A stretch of 64,000 nt of DNA from Bacteroidia bacterium (GTDB lineage: Bacteria; Bacteroidota; Bacteroidia; M30B66). The number at the start of each line of letters is the position of its first letter. Position 1 is the stretch's first letter. Below the pieces are notes generated by a model that was given only the letters and a program-made list of their open reading frames with translations, did no database searches and was not told where the DNA came from. The position numbers and the translations under genes were made by a program. The DNA is taken from the NCBI GenBank assembly GCA_965279035.1, contig OZ257142.1, positions 3,616,001-3,680,000 of the forward strand, given 5' to 3'. Positions 18,743-29,290 of this stretch are shown here, piece after piece.

Positions 18743-19609
18743 TTAAGAAGTTGTATTTCTGTTGATATTTCCTGAATTCCAGTTATATATGGTCATAGAA
18801 GGATTTTGATTTCTTTGGTTATTCACTTTTTCATATTCAGTAGGTGTTAGCATGCCTAATTCACTGTGTGGTCGTTCATTATTGTAAAGATCCATTGCCT
18901 TTTTTGCCATCTCATTGAGATTGCTTTTGGTTAGATTCCATTGAAGTAAGTACTCGTTTTTTATGATGCCATTTATTCGTTCAACATAAGCATTTTCTTG
19001 TGCTATTGACGCCATACTGATTCGTATTCCTTTGCTTTTTAGCATCTCTTTATGCATCGTGCTGATGTATTGTGAACCTCGATCAGAATGAAAAATGCAA
19101 TTATCTAAATCGTGCCCTTTCCTTATTTTAAAGGCTTTTCTAAGTGCTTTGATATTTTCCTCCGCTCTTAAGCTTGGAGACAGATGTAGAGCTAATAAGC
19201 GCCTTGAATAGACATCTTCAATACAGATTCCATAATGATGTGCATGCTCTACATCGAGATAAAATATGTCAGATTGCCAAAGCATATTCACATCATTAAT
19301 CGTTATTCCATTTATCAGATTGTCATATATCTCAACGCGTTGAGACCAAGTCGTTCGTATTGGATTTCTCTTCTTCTTAACCTTATATCCGTACCTAAAA
19401 CCAATCCGCTCAAAAGCATCCCTACCTATTGGATGGCGTTGTGGATCCATAAAATAGATCTTTCTACAACCCATTTGGCGATGATTATGACGCACTTTTG
19501 ATATGTAACGAACGATACTTTCTTCCACCTTTAATTGGTCGCGACTTCGTCTTTCACTCTTCCAAAGTGCTTGCTTACTAAGGCCTGCCACTTCTAACAG
19601 ACTCTTCAT
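18743..19609 (-). CDS. IS3-family transposase OrfB (DDE/rve domain)
   Basis: WQSDIFY, EDVYSRR, FHSDRGSQY, ENAYVERINGIIKNE, YNNERPHSELG motifs. Confidence 0.92.
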   Translation of the reverse strand: MKSLLEVAGLSKQALWKSERRSRDQLKVEESIVRYISKVRHNHRQMGCRKIYFMDPQRHPIGRDAFERIGFRYGYKVKKKRNPIRTTWSQRVEIYDNLINGITINDVNMLWQSDIFYLDVEHAHHYGICIEDVYSRRLLALHLSPSLRAEENIKALRKAFKIRKGHDLDNCIFHSDRGSQYISTMHKEMLKSKGIRISMASIAQENAYVERINGIIKNEYLLQWNLTKSNLNEMAKKAMDLYNNERPHSELGMLTPTEYEKVNNQRNQNPSMTIYNWNSGNINRNTTS

Positions 19610-19679
19610 TTTGTACCCGTGCTTTTGTCCTTTTGTGGATCGGAACCAGAGTAAGGCTGGTTTAATAAATTTTTTTTTA

Positions 19680-20646
19680 TTGAATTAGTAGTTTAGTCAA
19701 TATTGATTTCTTTAATAATTTAGGGCAATCAAAAGATACAATATGAATGCACAATTTAAAAGCCTTTCATTATTTGATTTTCAGGCTCAGTTTCCAAATG
19801 AAGAAAGTTGCTACGCATATTTGGCAAATTTGAAATGGTCAAATGGTTATTCCTGTCGACGATGTAAGAACAAAAACTTTTGTAAAGGCGTTAGTCTTTA
19901 CGAGCGGCAATGCACTGTTTGCAGGCATTTAGAATCGCCAACATCTGGAACACTGTTTCACAAATGTAAATTTTCAATTCTGAAGGCTTTTTATATTGTT
20001 TTCTATGTATCAACTAGCAAGAAAGGAATAAGCAGTACTGAGCTAAGTAGAAAGCTTGATTTGGGGCAGAAGACTTGTTGGTTGTTTAAACAAAAGGTTA
20101 TGAATGCAATGAAAAGCAGTAAGAAAAATCCAATGAAAGGGAAAGTTGATGTTGATGAAACATATGTTGGAGGACAAGATGATAAATCCATTGGAAGAAA
20201 TGAAGGAAAGAAAAAAGTTGTAGTTCTAGCCATTGAAAAGAAATCAAGAGGTGTATCAAGATTCTATGGAAAAGTTGTGGCGACAGCTAACAGAAAGAAT
20301 TTGAGTGAATTTATGAGGGATCATATTGCTCCCAATGCGAATGTTAGAACTGATAAATGGGCTGGATATAAAGGCTTGGAGTCTGAATTTCCGAACCTAA
20401 TTCAAGAAAAGTCTGAGAAGAAAGGAAGGAATTTTAAAGAACTCCATCGAACAATAATGATGTTTAAAGCTTGGCTTAGAGGTGTCCATCATTCTGTTAG
20501 ACATTTACAGCCTTATATTGATGAGTATACATATCGATTTAACAGGCATAAAATGAATGAAGGAATCTTCGAAAATCTAATGATGAGAATGGTAAAAGCA
20601 GAACCATATACTTATAAAATGATTATTGCTTAAATGACTAATTCAA
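19680..20646 (+). mobile_element. IS1595-family insertion sequence (967 bp) nested in IS3
   Basis: 23-bp IRs TTGAATTAGTagTTTAgtCAATA (19680-19702) and 20624-20646 (4 mismatches); 8-bp direct repeat TTTTTTTA at 19672-19679 and 20647-20654. Confidence 0.92.
19743..20633 (+). CDS. IS1595-family (ISXO2-like) transposase
   Basis: N-terminal Zn ribbon CRRC...CTVC, HTH, VDVDETYVGG, TDKWAGY, ELH..I..FK, YIDEYTYRFNR; stop codon lies inside the right IR. Confidence 0.92.
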   Translation: MNAQFKSLSLFDFQAQFPNEESCYAYLANLKWSNGYSCRRCKNKNFCKGVSLYERQCTVCRHLESPTSGTLFHKCKFSILKAFYIVFYVSTSKKGISSTELSRKLDLGQKTCWLFKQKVMNAMKSSKKNPMKGKVDVDETYVGGQDDKSIGRNEGKKKVVVLAIEKKSRGVSRFYGKVVATANRKNLSEFMRDHIAPNANVRTDKWAGYKGLESEFPNLIQEKSEKKGRNFKELHRTIMMFKAWLRGVHHSVRHLQPYIDEYTYRFNRHKMNEGIFENLMMRMVKAEPYTYKMIIA

Positions 20647-21003
20647 TTTTTTTAAATCAGTTTGGAACTCCTCATTTGCTAACTCAATGACCTTGCTCAA
20701 TAAATCAAGTTCCATCTGTTTTCGGCCCAATGCGGCTTCCAATTCACGGATGCGCTGCTCAAGCTCTTTGCTTTTGTATGATTCGCTTTGCTCTTCCACT
20801 ACTAAGATTTTTCCTCTTTTCAAATATCGACTATATTGATAAATCCATCGATAAACTGAAGTTATTGTTACTCCTAGTTCCTGGGCTACTTTAGATACTG
20901 AAGCCACTCCGGATTCAATATCCTTAACTGTTTGACGCTTTAATTCTTCACTAAAAACTCTTCGTGGCCGAATTACTTCTTTGCGATTTAAATGCTTTTT
21001 CAT
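20638..21003 (-). pseudogene. IS3-family OrfA (HTH plus leucine zipper), C-terminally truncated by the IS1595 insertion
   Basis: RRVFSEELK...VAQELGV...VYRWI HTH and ELEQRIRELEAALG coiled coil; now terminates at a TAG inside the IS1595 IR. Confidence 0.88.
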
Positions 21004-21358
21004 GTCCCGTTTTTTAAGTTGATTTTGGTCAACCTATTTCAGTCACGGACAAAAAAATTATGACTTAAATGCGCTACAAAACCCAAGTACCAATTGCTTT
21101 GGCATAGGATTGAATTCGATGTTAGTCAAATGACATTTTCTTATTTGATGATTAAAATATATAAAGGAAAATGATTGTAAAAATTATTAATCTAAGATTG
21201 AAAAGTCAAAACTGCTCTTGATGTTTAATTGAAAAAATAATTTTCTAAAAGTTTATAGAAAAACCTTGATTTTATATTTTCCGTGAAGTCCTTGAAGGAT
21301 TTATTACATTAATTAGATATTAAATTTCTATATTTAGAACCCTATTTAATCTACCAAC

Positions 21359-24300
21359 ATGGCTAAACGCTACTTATTAGTCGTATTTGTAATTTTATGT
21401 GCTTGTTTAGGAAGTACTGCTCAAACACCTTTTTGGTTAAAAAATGCAAACGGACCAGGAAATGATGAAATACTTGATATTGTTGAATCACAGAGTGATT
21501 ATTATGTAACTGGCTATTATTCTAATGTAGCAACTTTTGATGCTACAACATTATATCCACAAGATGGAGGAGAAGCTTTTGTTGCAAAATTAAACCAGAA
21601 TGGGAACTTCATTTGGGCTAAACGCATTGGAGGAACTAATACCGATCGAGGAATAGCAATTTCACTAATGCCCAATGGGAATGTTGTAGTTACAGGTCAT
21701 TTCGTTGGAGATATTTCAATAGACAATGTTTCATTATCATCGAGTGGAATTTCACAAGATATCTTCATTGCTTGTTTTAGCTCATCTGGAACTATTCTAT
21801 GGCTTAAGAAAATTGGTGGATTAGGAATCGATATAGTTTCTGATATTAAATGTGATAGCCTTAATAATGTATTGGTTACAGGTCAATTTATTGGAAAAAT
21901 AATTTTAGGTTCTGATACACTTATTTCCGGTATTAATCCAATAACAGAAGATTATTCTTACGATATTTTCATTGCAAAAATGAATTCTTCTGGAGTTGGT
22001 CTATGGTCAAAACACGCAAAAACTAAAAAGAATGATCGAAGCGGAAAAATTGCTGTTGGAGCAGATAACTCTGTCTTTGTTAGTGGCAATTTTACCGATA
22101 CTTTGACACTAGGTAATACCTATAATAATAACAGTTTGAATATGGGTTTCATTGTCCATTATTCTGATAGTGGAGAGCATCTTTGGTTTAGAAGAGTTCA
22201 GAGTTCAGTAACAGAAATTATGGATATTGCCTGTACAGATAGTTTACTTTATATGACAGGTAGTTATTCTGGAATTCAACGATTCGCAAATGATGAAACT
22301 ATTAGTAGTTGGCAAAATGTAAGTCCTAATTCTTATACAAATAAGTATTATGTAGCTGCATATAATTATCAAGGCATTTTACAATTCTCTTTATCAGAAG
22401 GCTCTGCGAATCTTGCAAAACCAAAAGCAATTTGTCCAATTTCGGGAGGTGGTTTTTATTTGACAGGAGAATTTGAATGTCAACATACTCTCTATCAATT
22501 TGCATATGGTACTGGCTTGTATATAAGTAGAGGCTATAAAGACTTATTTGTATCTGCTTTTTCATCATCAAATTCAAGAATTTGGGCCAAACAAATAGGA
22601 GGTGTAGGAGTTGATGAAGTAAATTCGATGGCAATTAATTCATATGGCAATCCTGTTTTTGCAGGAAGTTTCACCAATTCCATTGCAAGCCCAGCAAAAA
22701 ATTCATGGGGAAACAAACCTTGGTACAATCATTTTACGACGAATTACGGACCTGGAATTTATTATGAGGGGGGCCCAATTATGAGCTATTGTGATGATCC
22801 TCAGTATAATTTTTATGCTGTTATTAACAGTCAAGGAAGCAAGGACATTCTTATTGCAAACATAGCTGATACTTCTAGGTCAACGTTAGATATCTTTCGA
22901 CGTTCTCCAAGCGATTCGTGTGATTTATCACCAACTTACGGTTCAATAACAAGTTTTTCAATACAAAGCTGCCAAAATAAAAAGGCCAAAGCGTTAATTT
23001 CCACTGCATCAGCATATATCAGCGGAATTAATTACACCTATAATTGGAACGGAAGCTCTTCTTTATCAAACATATATTCTCCTACTTCATCTGGATATGT
23101 GATAGGAACAGTTTCTGGGGCTAATACGTGTTATCATTTCACAGATAGTGTTTTAATAAATCTTTATCCAATTATTCCTACACCTCAAGTAACAATTACG
23201 GGAGGGAACTTTACTTATACAAATCAATCTACTTTATGCAATAGGAGTTTATATGTAAATCCTGATTCAATAATAACTTTAACAGGAAATATTCCACCTC
23301 TCGATTTTAATTATTCTTGGCATTTACCAAATAATACCATTCAAACTTCGAATGTTTTAGTAATTACAGACACACCTCTTGGAACGTACTATTATGTAAT
23401 TACAGATACTTTAAGTGGATGTTCAAAAAGTTATTGCTTTACTCTTTTATACCCCGACACGACTACGGGCGGAGGCAGTGGCGGAAACCCTTACGTTTTT
23501 AAATTCAGACAAGGTTCAAGATTACTTGAAGAAGGAGATACATTATTCGGTTGCATAAATGATATACTTGAACTTACATTAGTTAATGCAATTGACACAA
23601 ACAATATAGTTGATGCGGTTGTTCCATTTTATGGAAATTGGGCATGTTCAAATGCTAATTCTATTATTGTTGATCCCGACATTAGTACTTTAAGCTCACA
23701 TTTTAAATCTATTCAACTGCTATCGGATACCTTATTAAACGGCATTCAAAGTATTGGAATAGATTTCCACCTTGGTAATTATCAAAACCCCGCTTTTAGT
23801 TTTAGCCAACAATATTATATTCATATTTATCCTCAGCCTACTTTTCCATATTCATTAACTGGAAATTTAGAAAGTATTTGTCCTGGCGATACTGCAACAT
23901 TTACTTTGGAAACTGACTTAAATTACGATTTAAATTTAATTCCATCTATAAATACAATTATTACTCAAGAGCCCTTTTCATTTTATACCGTTTTCCCTCA
24001 AGATTATTATATAACGTTTTATGATACTACTGATATGGGATGCTTTGCCACGAAAGGGCGAAATTTTTCAATGTCATTTTTTCAAGCACCTCCCATTACA
24101 GTAAATCCAAGCAATGGAGTTGTTTGCAATGATGAGAATGTACTACTTACAATTCCTGGAGCTACTGAAATTCTTTGGATAGGTCCATCTGGAGACACAC
24201 TTTCAAATGAACTACAGTACACCACAAATATTCCAGGACTTTATTTTGGGAAAATAGTTGATATTCATGGATGTGATTTAATTACAAATACAGTAAATAT

Positions 24301-27300
24301 TCGAAATCGAAGTTCATTCGGATATGAATTAAGTCCATTAAGCATTTGCCCTGGTGAAACGGCCGAAATTCGACTATTTGCGCTCGAAGGAGATAATATA
24401 AGTTGGTTACCACCATTTTCTGGAAGCAGCCTAATTCAAACTGCAAATGCACCAGGAATATACCGGTTTACTGCACCATTATGCGGCATAATTGATACAT
24501 TCGACGTAATTGTTCCGGGTCCATTAATTTACGCAGAAATTGATAGCACTGAAACCTCCATTTGTCCTGGTGAAACCATAACACTCTCTTCTGTGAATTC
24601 AAGTGGAGTAAACTTAACTTGGTTCTATAATTACTCTACTGATTCTGAAATTGAAGTCACTGAAGGAGGAGACTATATCTTACAATTAACAGATGAGAAC
24701 TCCTGCGCTACATATGATACAGTTACGATTATTCAATTAATAGCTCCTGAACCACCTATTTTACCTGCATACTCCTACTATTGTGGAATTGATTCAATTC
24801 AATTAATTAGTCCATCTGGAGATTCAATCGCTTGGTTTCTTGGAAATGAACAAGTTGCTTTTGGCACCGAATATAATTTGTATCAAGTACACTCAGATTC
24901 AACACTATTCATTGCCAATTACAGCAATATAACAGGTTGTAATAGCCAATTAATGGAATATCCAATTGATATGAGAAGGTATTTAGAGGTTCCACTTGAT
25001 GATTCACTTTTTACTATTTGTCAAGGAGATCAATTCAGTATTCAAGTGAATCCAAGTACATATGGTGCTGCTGTTTATCATTTATTAATTCAATTGCCTA
25101 GTGGTCAAATAAATATTTCTGATTCTCTTTATACTATTCCTCATGTAAATCTTAGTAATTCAGGTGAATATCTCTTGGTTTTCGAAGGAGATACAACTGA
25201 ATATTGTCGTCCAGATACTGTTCGATATACTTTAAATGTATTGCCTGTTCCTCAACTATCCATTTTATCAAGTAATGAGTTTTTGTGTTCCGATGAAACT
25301 GTAAGCTTCTGGGTAGAAACCGACTCGGCTATTGTAGATCGATTTTGGTCGTTTTCTAGTCTGCAGGAATATCAAGACACAATTACCATTGTGAATAGTT
25401 CATTATCTGGTCCAGAACTTATAATTCAATATCAAGCTTCATTACAAAATGGTTGTAGTATTAACTTAATAGATACAATTCTACGTGGTGTTAGGCCACC
25501 TGATCCATATTTTAATGATTCCCTTATTGCTTGTAGTGGTGATACAGTTTCACTGATTTTGCCTGATAACCAAACTGCTCTTTGGTTTATCGGACCAAAT
25601 CAAGTTACTCCAACACCAGTTAATACTTATCAATTTAATTCCTACGTAAATCATCCGGTAATAACTGTTTTCAATTCCGATTTAAATGGTGTTTGCCCTT
25701 CAACTAGTGATACAATCCCTGTTTTGGTAAAGCCAAGAGTTAACATACCCAATATCAACAATATTGAACTCTGTCCGGAAGTGCCTCATACATTTTATTT
25801 CAATCCCACCAACTATAATGTAGGAAGTTTCTATTGGAAAGACATGATTGCCGATACTATACTTGGTACTAACATAAATCAATTAACTGTGCCTCCTATT
25901 CAGACAACGATTGGTTTATTTGCATTTCCAAATCAAATTAGTTGTGGAGCTGATAGCACCATCTTTTCTGTTACTGTTCAAACTCTACCAATTGTTACTA
26001 TTAGCTCTTTTCAAAACGACACGATTTGTTTAAATAATGGAGCTCCTTATTCCTCTTCAACCTCAAGCTTAGTCTATAGTTCTTCGGTTTATTTAAATGG
26101 AAGCAACTCAACTATAAGTACTTGTTATAATTGTACTTCAAATAATTTTATACTAGCTAATTCATTAGTTAACGGACTACAAGTTGGACAAAATACCATA
26201 CGAACAAGGATCTATACTTCAGGTTTCTGTATAATTGAACAAATTGACACATTCGAGGTACTTTCACCCCCAATACCAAATTTTTCAATGGAGGATATAT
26301 GGGTTTGTGTTGGTGATACTATTCAATTACAACCCCCATCAACGGAACTTTTCGATTGGGTAGAAATGAATTTATTTAGTTATTTAACGAATTCGTTTTC
26401 GGGCTTGCCAATTCCATTTGAAGTATATGGTTCGGCTGTCAATTCAATTAGTTATATAGTTGAATCGAATAATCCAAGCATTTATATTAATTCAGTTGAT
26501 CCAATAAGTTTGTGTAGGAGTGATTTTTATCAAATTCCTATCTATGTAAAACCAACAATGGATTTGCCTCTTTTTACAGATCATTCTATTTGTGAAAATG
26601 ATTCTTTGCTTTTTGGGTTTTCACCTAACAATGAATTAATTGGAAATTACCAATGGACTTTACCTAATGGAAGTTTTTCACAAGACACCAATTTTGTAAT
26701 TCATGGCAATGATTCCCTAGCAATGGGACACTATGAACTACTTGCTTATGCTAGTGAAGCAAGCTGCGGTGTTGATTCAGCACAATTCACTTTGGTAAGT
26801 AATGAAATCCCAATTGTTGAATTTGTAATTGATTCCTTTCAAGTTTGTACGGATAGACCATGGATTATACAGGCCAACTTAACAACAAATGCTCAAATTG
26901 ATTGGAGCTATAATGGAAATACGAGTCAAAACAATCCACTAATAATTAATTTATCAAGTTTTGTAGAAGACAGCCTATTGATCTCTGGTGTTTTTACAAC
27001 ACCTCAAGGATGTGTGGTAAATAAATCAGTAAAAATTGCTGTTTATCCAAGCCCAGAAATTCCTTCTCTTACAATTCCAACTACAACTTGTGCTGAAGAC
27101 ACTATTTTTCTTACGTTGAATAATCTTCTTCAAGCCGATCAACAATTTTATTATGAATCGAATGTAGTTTTTGGAGAAAATGGAAATCAATATTCTTATA
27201 TAACTACGTGGTCTGATACCGCGATTAATTTACTCAGTTATATCTATACAGACCATTGTATTTCTGACACTTTAATAAATACATTTAAAGTGCATCAATT

Positions 27301-28000
27301 ACCCATATTCAATTTAGGTAATGATTCTTTATTGTTTTGTTTAGGAGTTGGGACTCAACTTGATGGTCCTTCTGGATATAGTTCCTACCTGTGGAATACG
27401 GGTCAAACTGATGAAGATATTCAAGCTCTTCAAACTGGAACATATTCGCTATTTGTTACGGATAATCAAGGTTGTTTATTTACGGATACCATTTTTGTTA
27501 TCGGTGAATGGCCATTTTTTGATTTACCAAATGATACGCTCGACTTTTGTTTTAGTAATCCTTTGTTAGTGAATGCCCCAAGTGGTTTCGATGCATATCA
27601 ATGGAGTAATGGTGATACTCTTAGCTCTATAAAAATTGCTGAAACAGGAGAGTATATTCTCATTATTACTGATGCAAACGGATGTTCTTTTTCTGATACA
27701 CTCTATGCGCTTGGTGGCGATTGTGAAGTGAAAAATCAGAATAATGTTTTTACTCCAAATGGAGATGGTATTAATGACAAATTCACCATAAATCCATTTG
27801 GAATGCACTCATATAAAATGGTGATTCATGATCGTTGGGGAAAATATATTAATACTGTTTACAGTACTGAATCTGGATGGGATGGTAAAGATCAGTATGG
27901 TCAAGACATGCTCGAGGGTGTTTACTATTTCGTTGCCACCGTTGAATATATTAATGTTACCAGCGAAGAAATAAAAGGAATGATTCAATTATTGAAGTAA
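21359..28000 (+). CDS. Large T9SS type-B sorted (gliding-motility-associated CTD) surface protein with N-terminal beta-propeller and Ig-like repeats
   Basis: Signal peptide; repeated DIFIAK...G..W.K..GG propeller motifs; many 'IC.G....L' Ig-like repeats; C-terminal NVFTPNGDGINDKF...IHDRWG...WDG...GVYY...KG.I.LLK. Confidence 0.88.
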   Translation: MAKRYLLVVFVILCACLGSTAQTPFWLKNANGPGNDEILDIVESQSDYYVTGYYSNVATFDATTLYPQDGGEAFVAKLNQNGNFIWAKRIGGTNTDRGIAISLMPNGNVVVTGHFVGDISIDNVSLSSSGISQDIFIACFSSSGTILWLKKIGGLGIDIVSDIKCDSLNNVLVTGQFIGKIILGSDTLISGINPITEDYSYDIFIAKMNSSGVGLWSKHAKTKKNDRSGKIAVGADNSVFVSGNFTDTLTLGNTYNNNSLNMGFIVHYSDSGEHLWFRRVQSSVTEIMDIACTDSLLYMTGSYSGIQRFANDETISSWQNVSPNSYTNKYYVAAYNYQGILQFSLSEGSANLAKPKAICPISGGGFYLTGEFECQHTLYQFAYGTGLYISRGYKDLFVSAFSSSNSRIWAKQIGGVGVDEVNSMAINSYGNPVFAGSFTNSIASPAKNSWGNKPWYNHFTTNYGPGIYYEGGPIMSYCDDPQYNFYAVINSQGSKDILIANIADTSRSTLDIFRRSPSDSCDLSPTYGSITSFSIQSCQNKKAKALISTASAYISGINYTYNWNGSSSLSNIYSPTSSGYVIGTVSGANTCYHFTDSVLINLYPIIPTPQVTITGGNFTYTNQSTLCNRSLYVNPDSIITLTGNIPPLDFNYSWHLPNNTIQTSNVLVITDTPLGTYYYVITDTLSGCSKSYCFTLLYPDTTTGGGSGGNPYVFKFRQGSRLLEEGDTLFGCINDILELTLVNAIDTNNIVDAVVPFYGNWACSNANSIIVDPDISTLSSHFKSIQLLSDTLLNGIQSIGIDFHLGNYQNPAFSFSQQYYIHIYPQPTFPYSLTGNLESICPGDTATFTLETDLNYDLNLIPSINTIITQEPFSFYTVFPQDYYITFYDTTDMGCFATKGRNFSMSFFQAPPITVNPSNGVVCNDENVLLTIPGATEILWIGPSGDTLSNELQYTTNIPGLYFGKIVDIHGCDLITNTVNIRNRSSFGYELSPLSICPGETAEIRLFALEGDNISWLPPFSGSSLIQTANAPGIYRFTAPLCGIIDTFDVIVPGPLIYAEIDSTETSICPGETITLSSVNSSGVNLTWFYNYSTDSEIEVTEGGDYILQLTDENSCATYDTVTIIQLIAPEPPILPAYSYYCGIDSIQLISPSGDSIAWFLGNEQVAFGTEYNLYQVHSDSTLFIANYSNITGCNSQLMEYPIDMRRYLEVPLDDSLFTICQGDQFSIQVNPSTYGAAVYHLLIQLPSGQINISDSLYTIPHVNLSNSGEYLLVFEGDTTEYCRPDTVRYTLNVLPVPQLSILSSNEFLCSDETVSFWVETDSAIVDRFWSFSSLQEYQDTITIVNSSLSGPELIIQYQASLQNGCSINLIDTILRGVRPPDPYFNDSLIACSGDTVSLILPDNQTALWFIGPNQVTPTPVNTYQFNSYVNHPVITVFNSDLNGVCPSTSDTIPVLVKPRVNIPNINNIELCPEVPHTFYFNPTNYNVGSFYWKDMIADTILGTNINQLTVPPIQTTIGLFAFPNQISCGADSTIFSVTVQTLPIVTISSFQNDTICLNNGAPYSSSTSSLVYSSSVYLNGSNSTISTCYNCTSNNFILANSLVNGLQVGQNTIRTRIYTSGFCIIEQIDTFEVLSPPIPNFSMEDIWVCVGDTIQLQPPSTELFDWVEMNLFSYLTNSFSGLPIPFEVYGSAVNSISYIVESNNPSIYINSVDPISLCRSDFYQIPIYVKPTMDLPLFTDHSICENDSLLFGFSPNNELIGNYQWTLPNGSFSQDTNFVIHGNDSLAMGHYELLAYASEASCGVDSAQFTLVSNEIPIVEFVIDSFQVCTDRPWIIQANLTTNAQIDWSYNGNTSQNNPLIINLSSFVEDSLLISGVFTTPQGCVVNKSVKIAVYPSPEIPSLTIPTTTCAEDTIFLTLNNLLQADQQFYYESNVVFGENGNQYSYITTWSDTAINLLSYIYTDHCISDTLINTFKVHQLPIFNLGNDSLLFCLGVGTQLDGPSGYSSYLWNTGQTDEDIQALQTGTYSLFVTDNQGCLFTDTIFVIGEWPFFDLPNDTLDFCFSNPLLVNAPSGFDAYQWSNGDTLSSIKIAETGEYILIITDANGCSFSDTLYALGGDCEVKNQNNVFTPNGDGINDKFTINPFGMHSYKMVIHDRWGKYINTVYSTESGWDGKDQYGQDMLEGVYYFVATVEYINVTSEEIKGMIQLLK

Positions 28001-28243
28001 AATTAAACTCAACTAATTGATTTTCACATTTCAAATTGCTTGATAATGATCTATTTGACGAAAAATAATATACTTTAAACAAGATCTGATAAATAGTTTG
28101 ATTGAATGAAATTGTTTAATCGCTTTCATTTAATTTATTAGTACAGATGTTTTTTGTTGAATGTATTTTCGCCATTAATAAAAACAATTACCAAGCTGTT
28201 TATCCATAAGTTTGATGGAAATTCATGTGATTGCATTTTTGAA

Positions 28244-29215
28244 ATGGCTGACGTTCGGATTGGATCAAAAGTACGTTTACTCAATGAAGTAGGCGAAGGT
28301 GTGGTGACAGGCTTCAACAAGCAAGGAATGGCGCTGGTGATGATGGATGATGGATTTGAAATTCCGTATTTTCCAAAACAACTAGTTGCTATTGGTGGAA
28401 TGGGAAGTTCAAATTCCGAACAAGCCAGCACGGGTAGTATTTCGATAAACGCGTCTTCCTTAAAAGAATCGCTGTATTTGGCTTTCGTACTCGAAGGAAT
28501 TTTGAAAGATCAACCCAAGATTTCGGTGCGTTTGCTCAATCAGATGCGGGAATCGATGTTGGTAGCCTTGTATAGTGAAACGGAGCGTGTATATACTTTA
28601 GTTGCAAGTGGAGAAATTCCTGCTGGTGCTGGAAAGACAGTACTAACTATGGTATTGCCCGAATTATTACAACTCGATCGATTCTTTATTCAAATTCAGC
28701 CCTTGATTGGGAATACAAAGATATTACCGGCTACTTGGAGTGGATACATTAAACATCAAACTCCTGCGATGATTGAGCCAGCTACTTGGCCACAACAGCT
28801 TGTTTTTACCGAACGAGCCTTGATGATTGAAGTATTTCCAGACAAAAGTGGCAATCAATCGAATGTTCCAAATAAAGATGCGGTTCCTCGTAAGATGACA
28901 ACTCTCCCACAAGACTGGCTATTGAAGCAAGGACGGGATGGGAATTACGAGGTGGATTTACACATTGAAGAATTATTGGAAGATACAGCCGGCATGGATA
29001 ATTCGGAAATTATTCGTCACCAATTGAGGCACTTTGAAAAATGTTTGGATGAAGCGCGTCGACGACCTGTGAAACGTTTCGTAGTGATTCACGGAGTGGG
29101 AAAAGGACGATTACGTGATGAAATTCGGAAGCTTTTAACTGCTGATAAAATGGAACATTACGATGCTGCTTTGTCGAAATACGGATATGGTGCAACCGAG
29201 ATTATTGTGAAATAA
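28244..29215 (+). CDS. Smr/MutS2-domain protein (DUF2027-like N-terminus)
   Basis: N-terminal IGSKVRLLNEVGEG...DGFEIP; C-terminal EVDLHIEEL...QL..FE...VIHGVGKGRLR...YGYGAT Smr domain; start set to ATG 28244. Confidence 0.85.
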   Translation: MADVRIGSKVRLLNEVGEGVVTGFNKQGMALVMMDDGFEIPYFPKQLVAIGGMGSSNSEQASTGSISINASSLKESLYLAFVLEGILKDQPKISVRLLNQMRESMLVALYSETERVYTLVASGEIPAGAGKTVLTMVLPELLQLDRFFIQIQPLIGNTKILPATWSGYIKHQTPAMIEPATWPQQLVFTERALMIEVFPDKSGNQSNVPNKDAVPRKMTTLPQDWLLKQGRDGNYEVDLHIEELLEDTAGMDNSEIIRHQLRHFEKCLDEARRRPVKRFVVIHGVGKGRLRDEIRKLLTADKMEHYDAALSKYGYGATEIIVK

Positions 29216-29290
29216 TTAGAACTACGTGTTGAAAATAAATGAAAAATCGGAAGTATTGAATTCGAAATTGGGAATTCAATTAGTATCAAT

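Larger units (their letters stand above)
18639..21051 (-). mobile_element. IS3-family insertion sequence (about 1438 bp once the nested element is removed), disrupted by IS1595
   Basis: 24-bp terminal IRs TGTCCtTGcCTaAAATAGGTTGAC (18639-18662) and the complement at 21028-21051 (3 mismatches); TG...CA ends; flanked by A-tracts (possible short TSD); orfA and orfB inside. Confidence 0.9.

Noticed and set aside
21109-21130. attgaattcgatgttagtcaaa resembling the IS1595 left IR; ATTGAATTCGA also recurs at 29255
   Set aside because: Gapped, low-complexity similarity with no partner IR or transposase remnant; the 29255 copy is part of a local hairpin between convergent genes.
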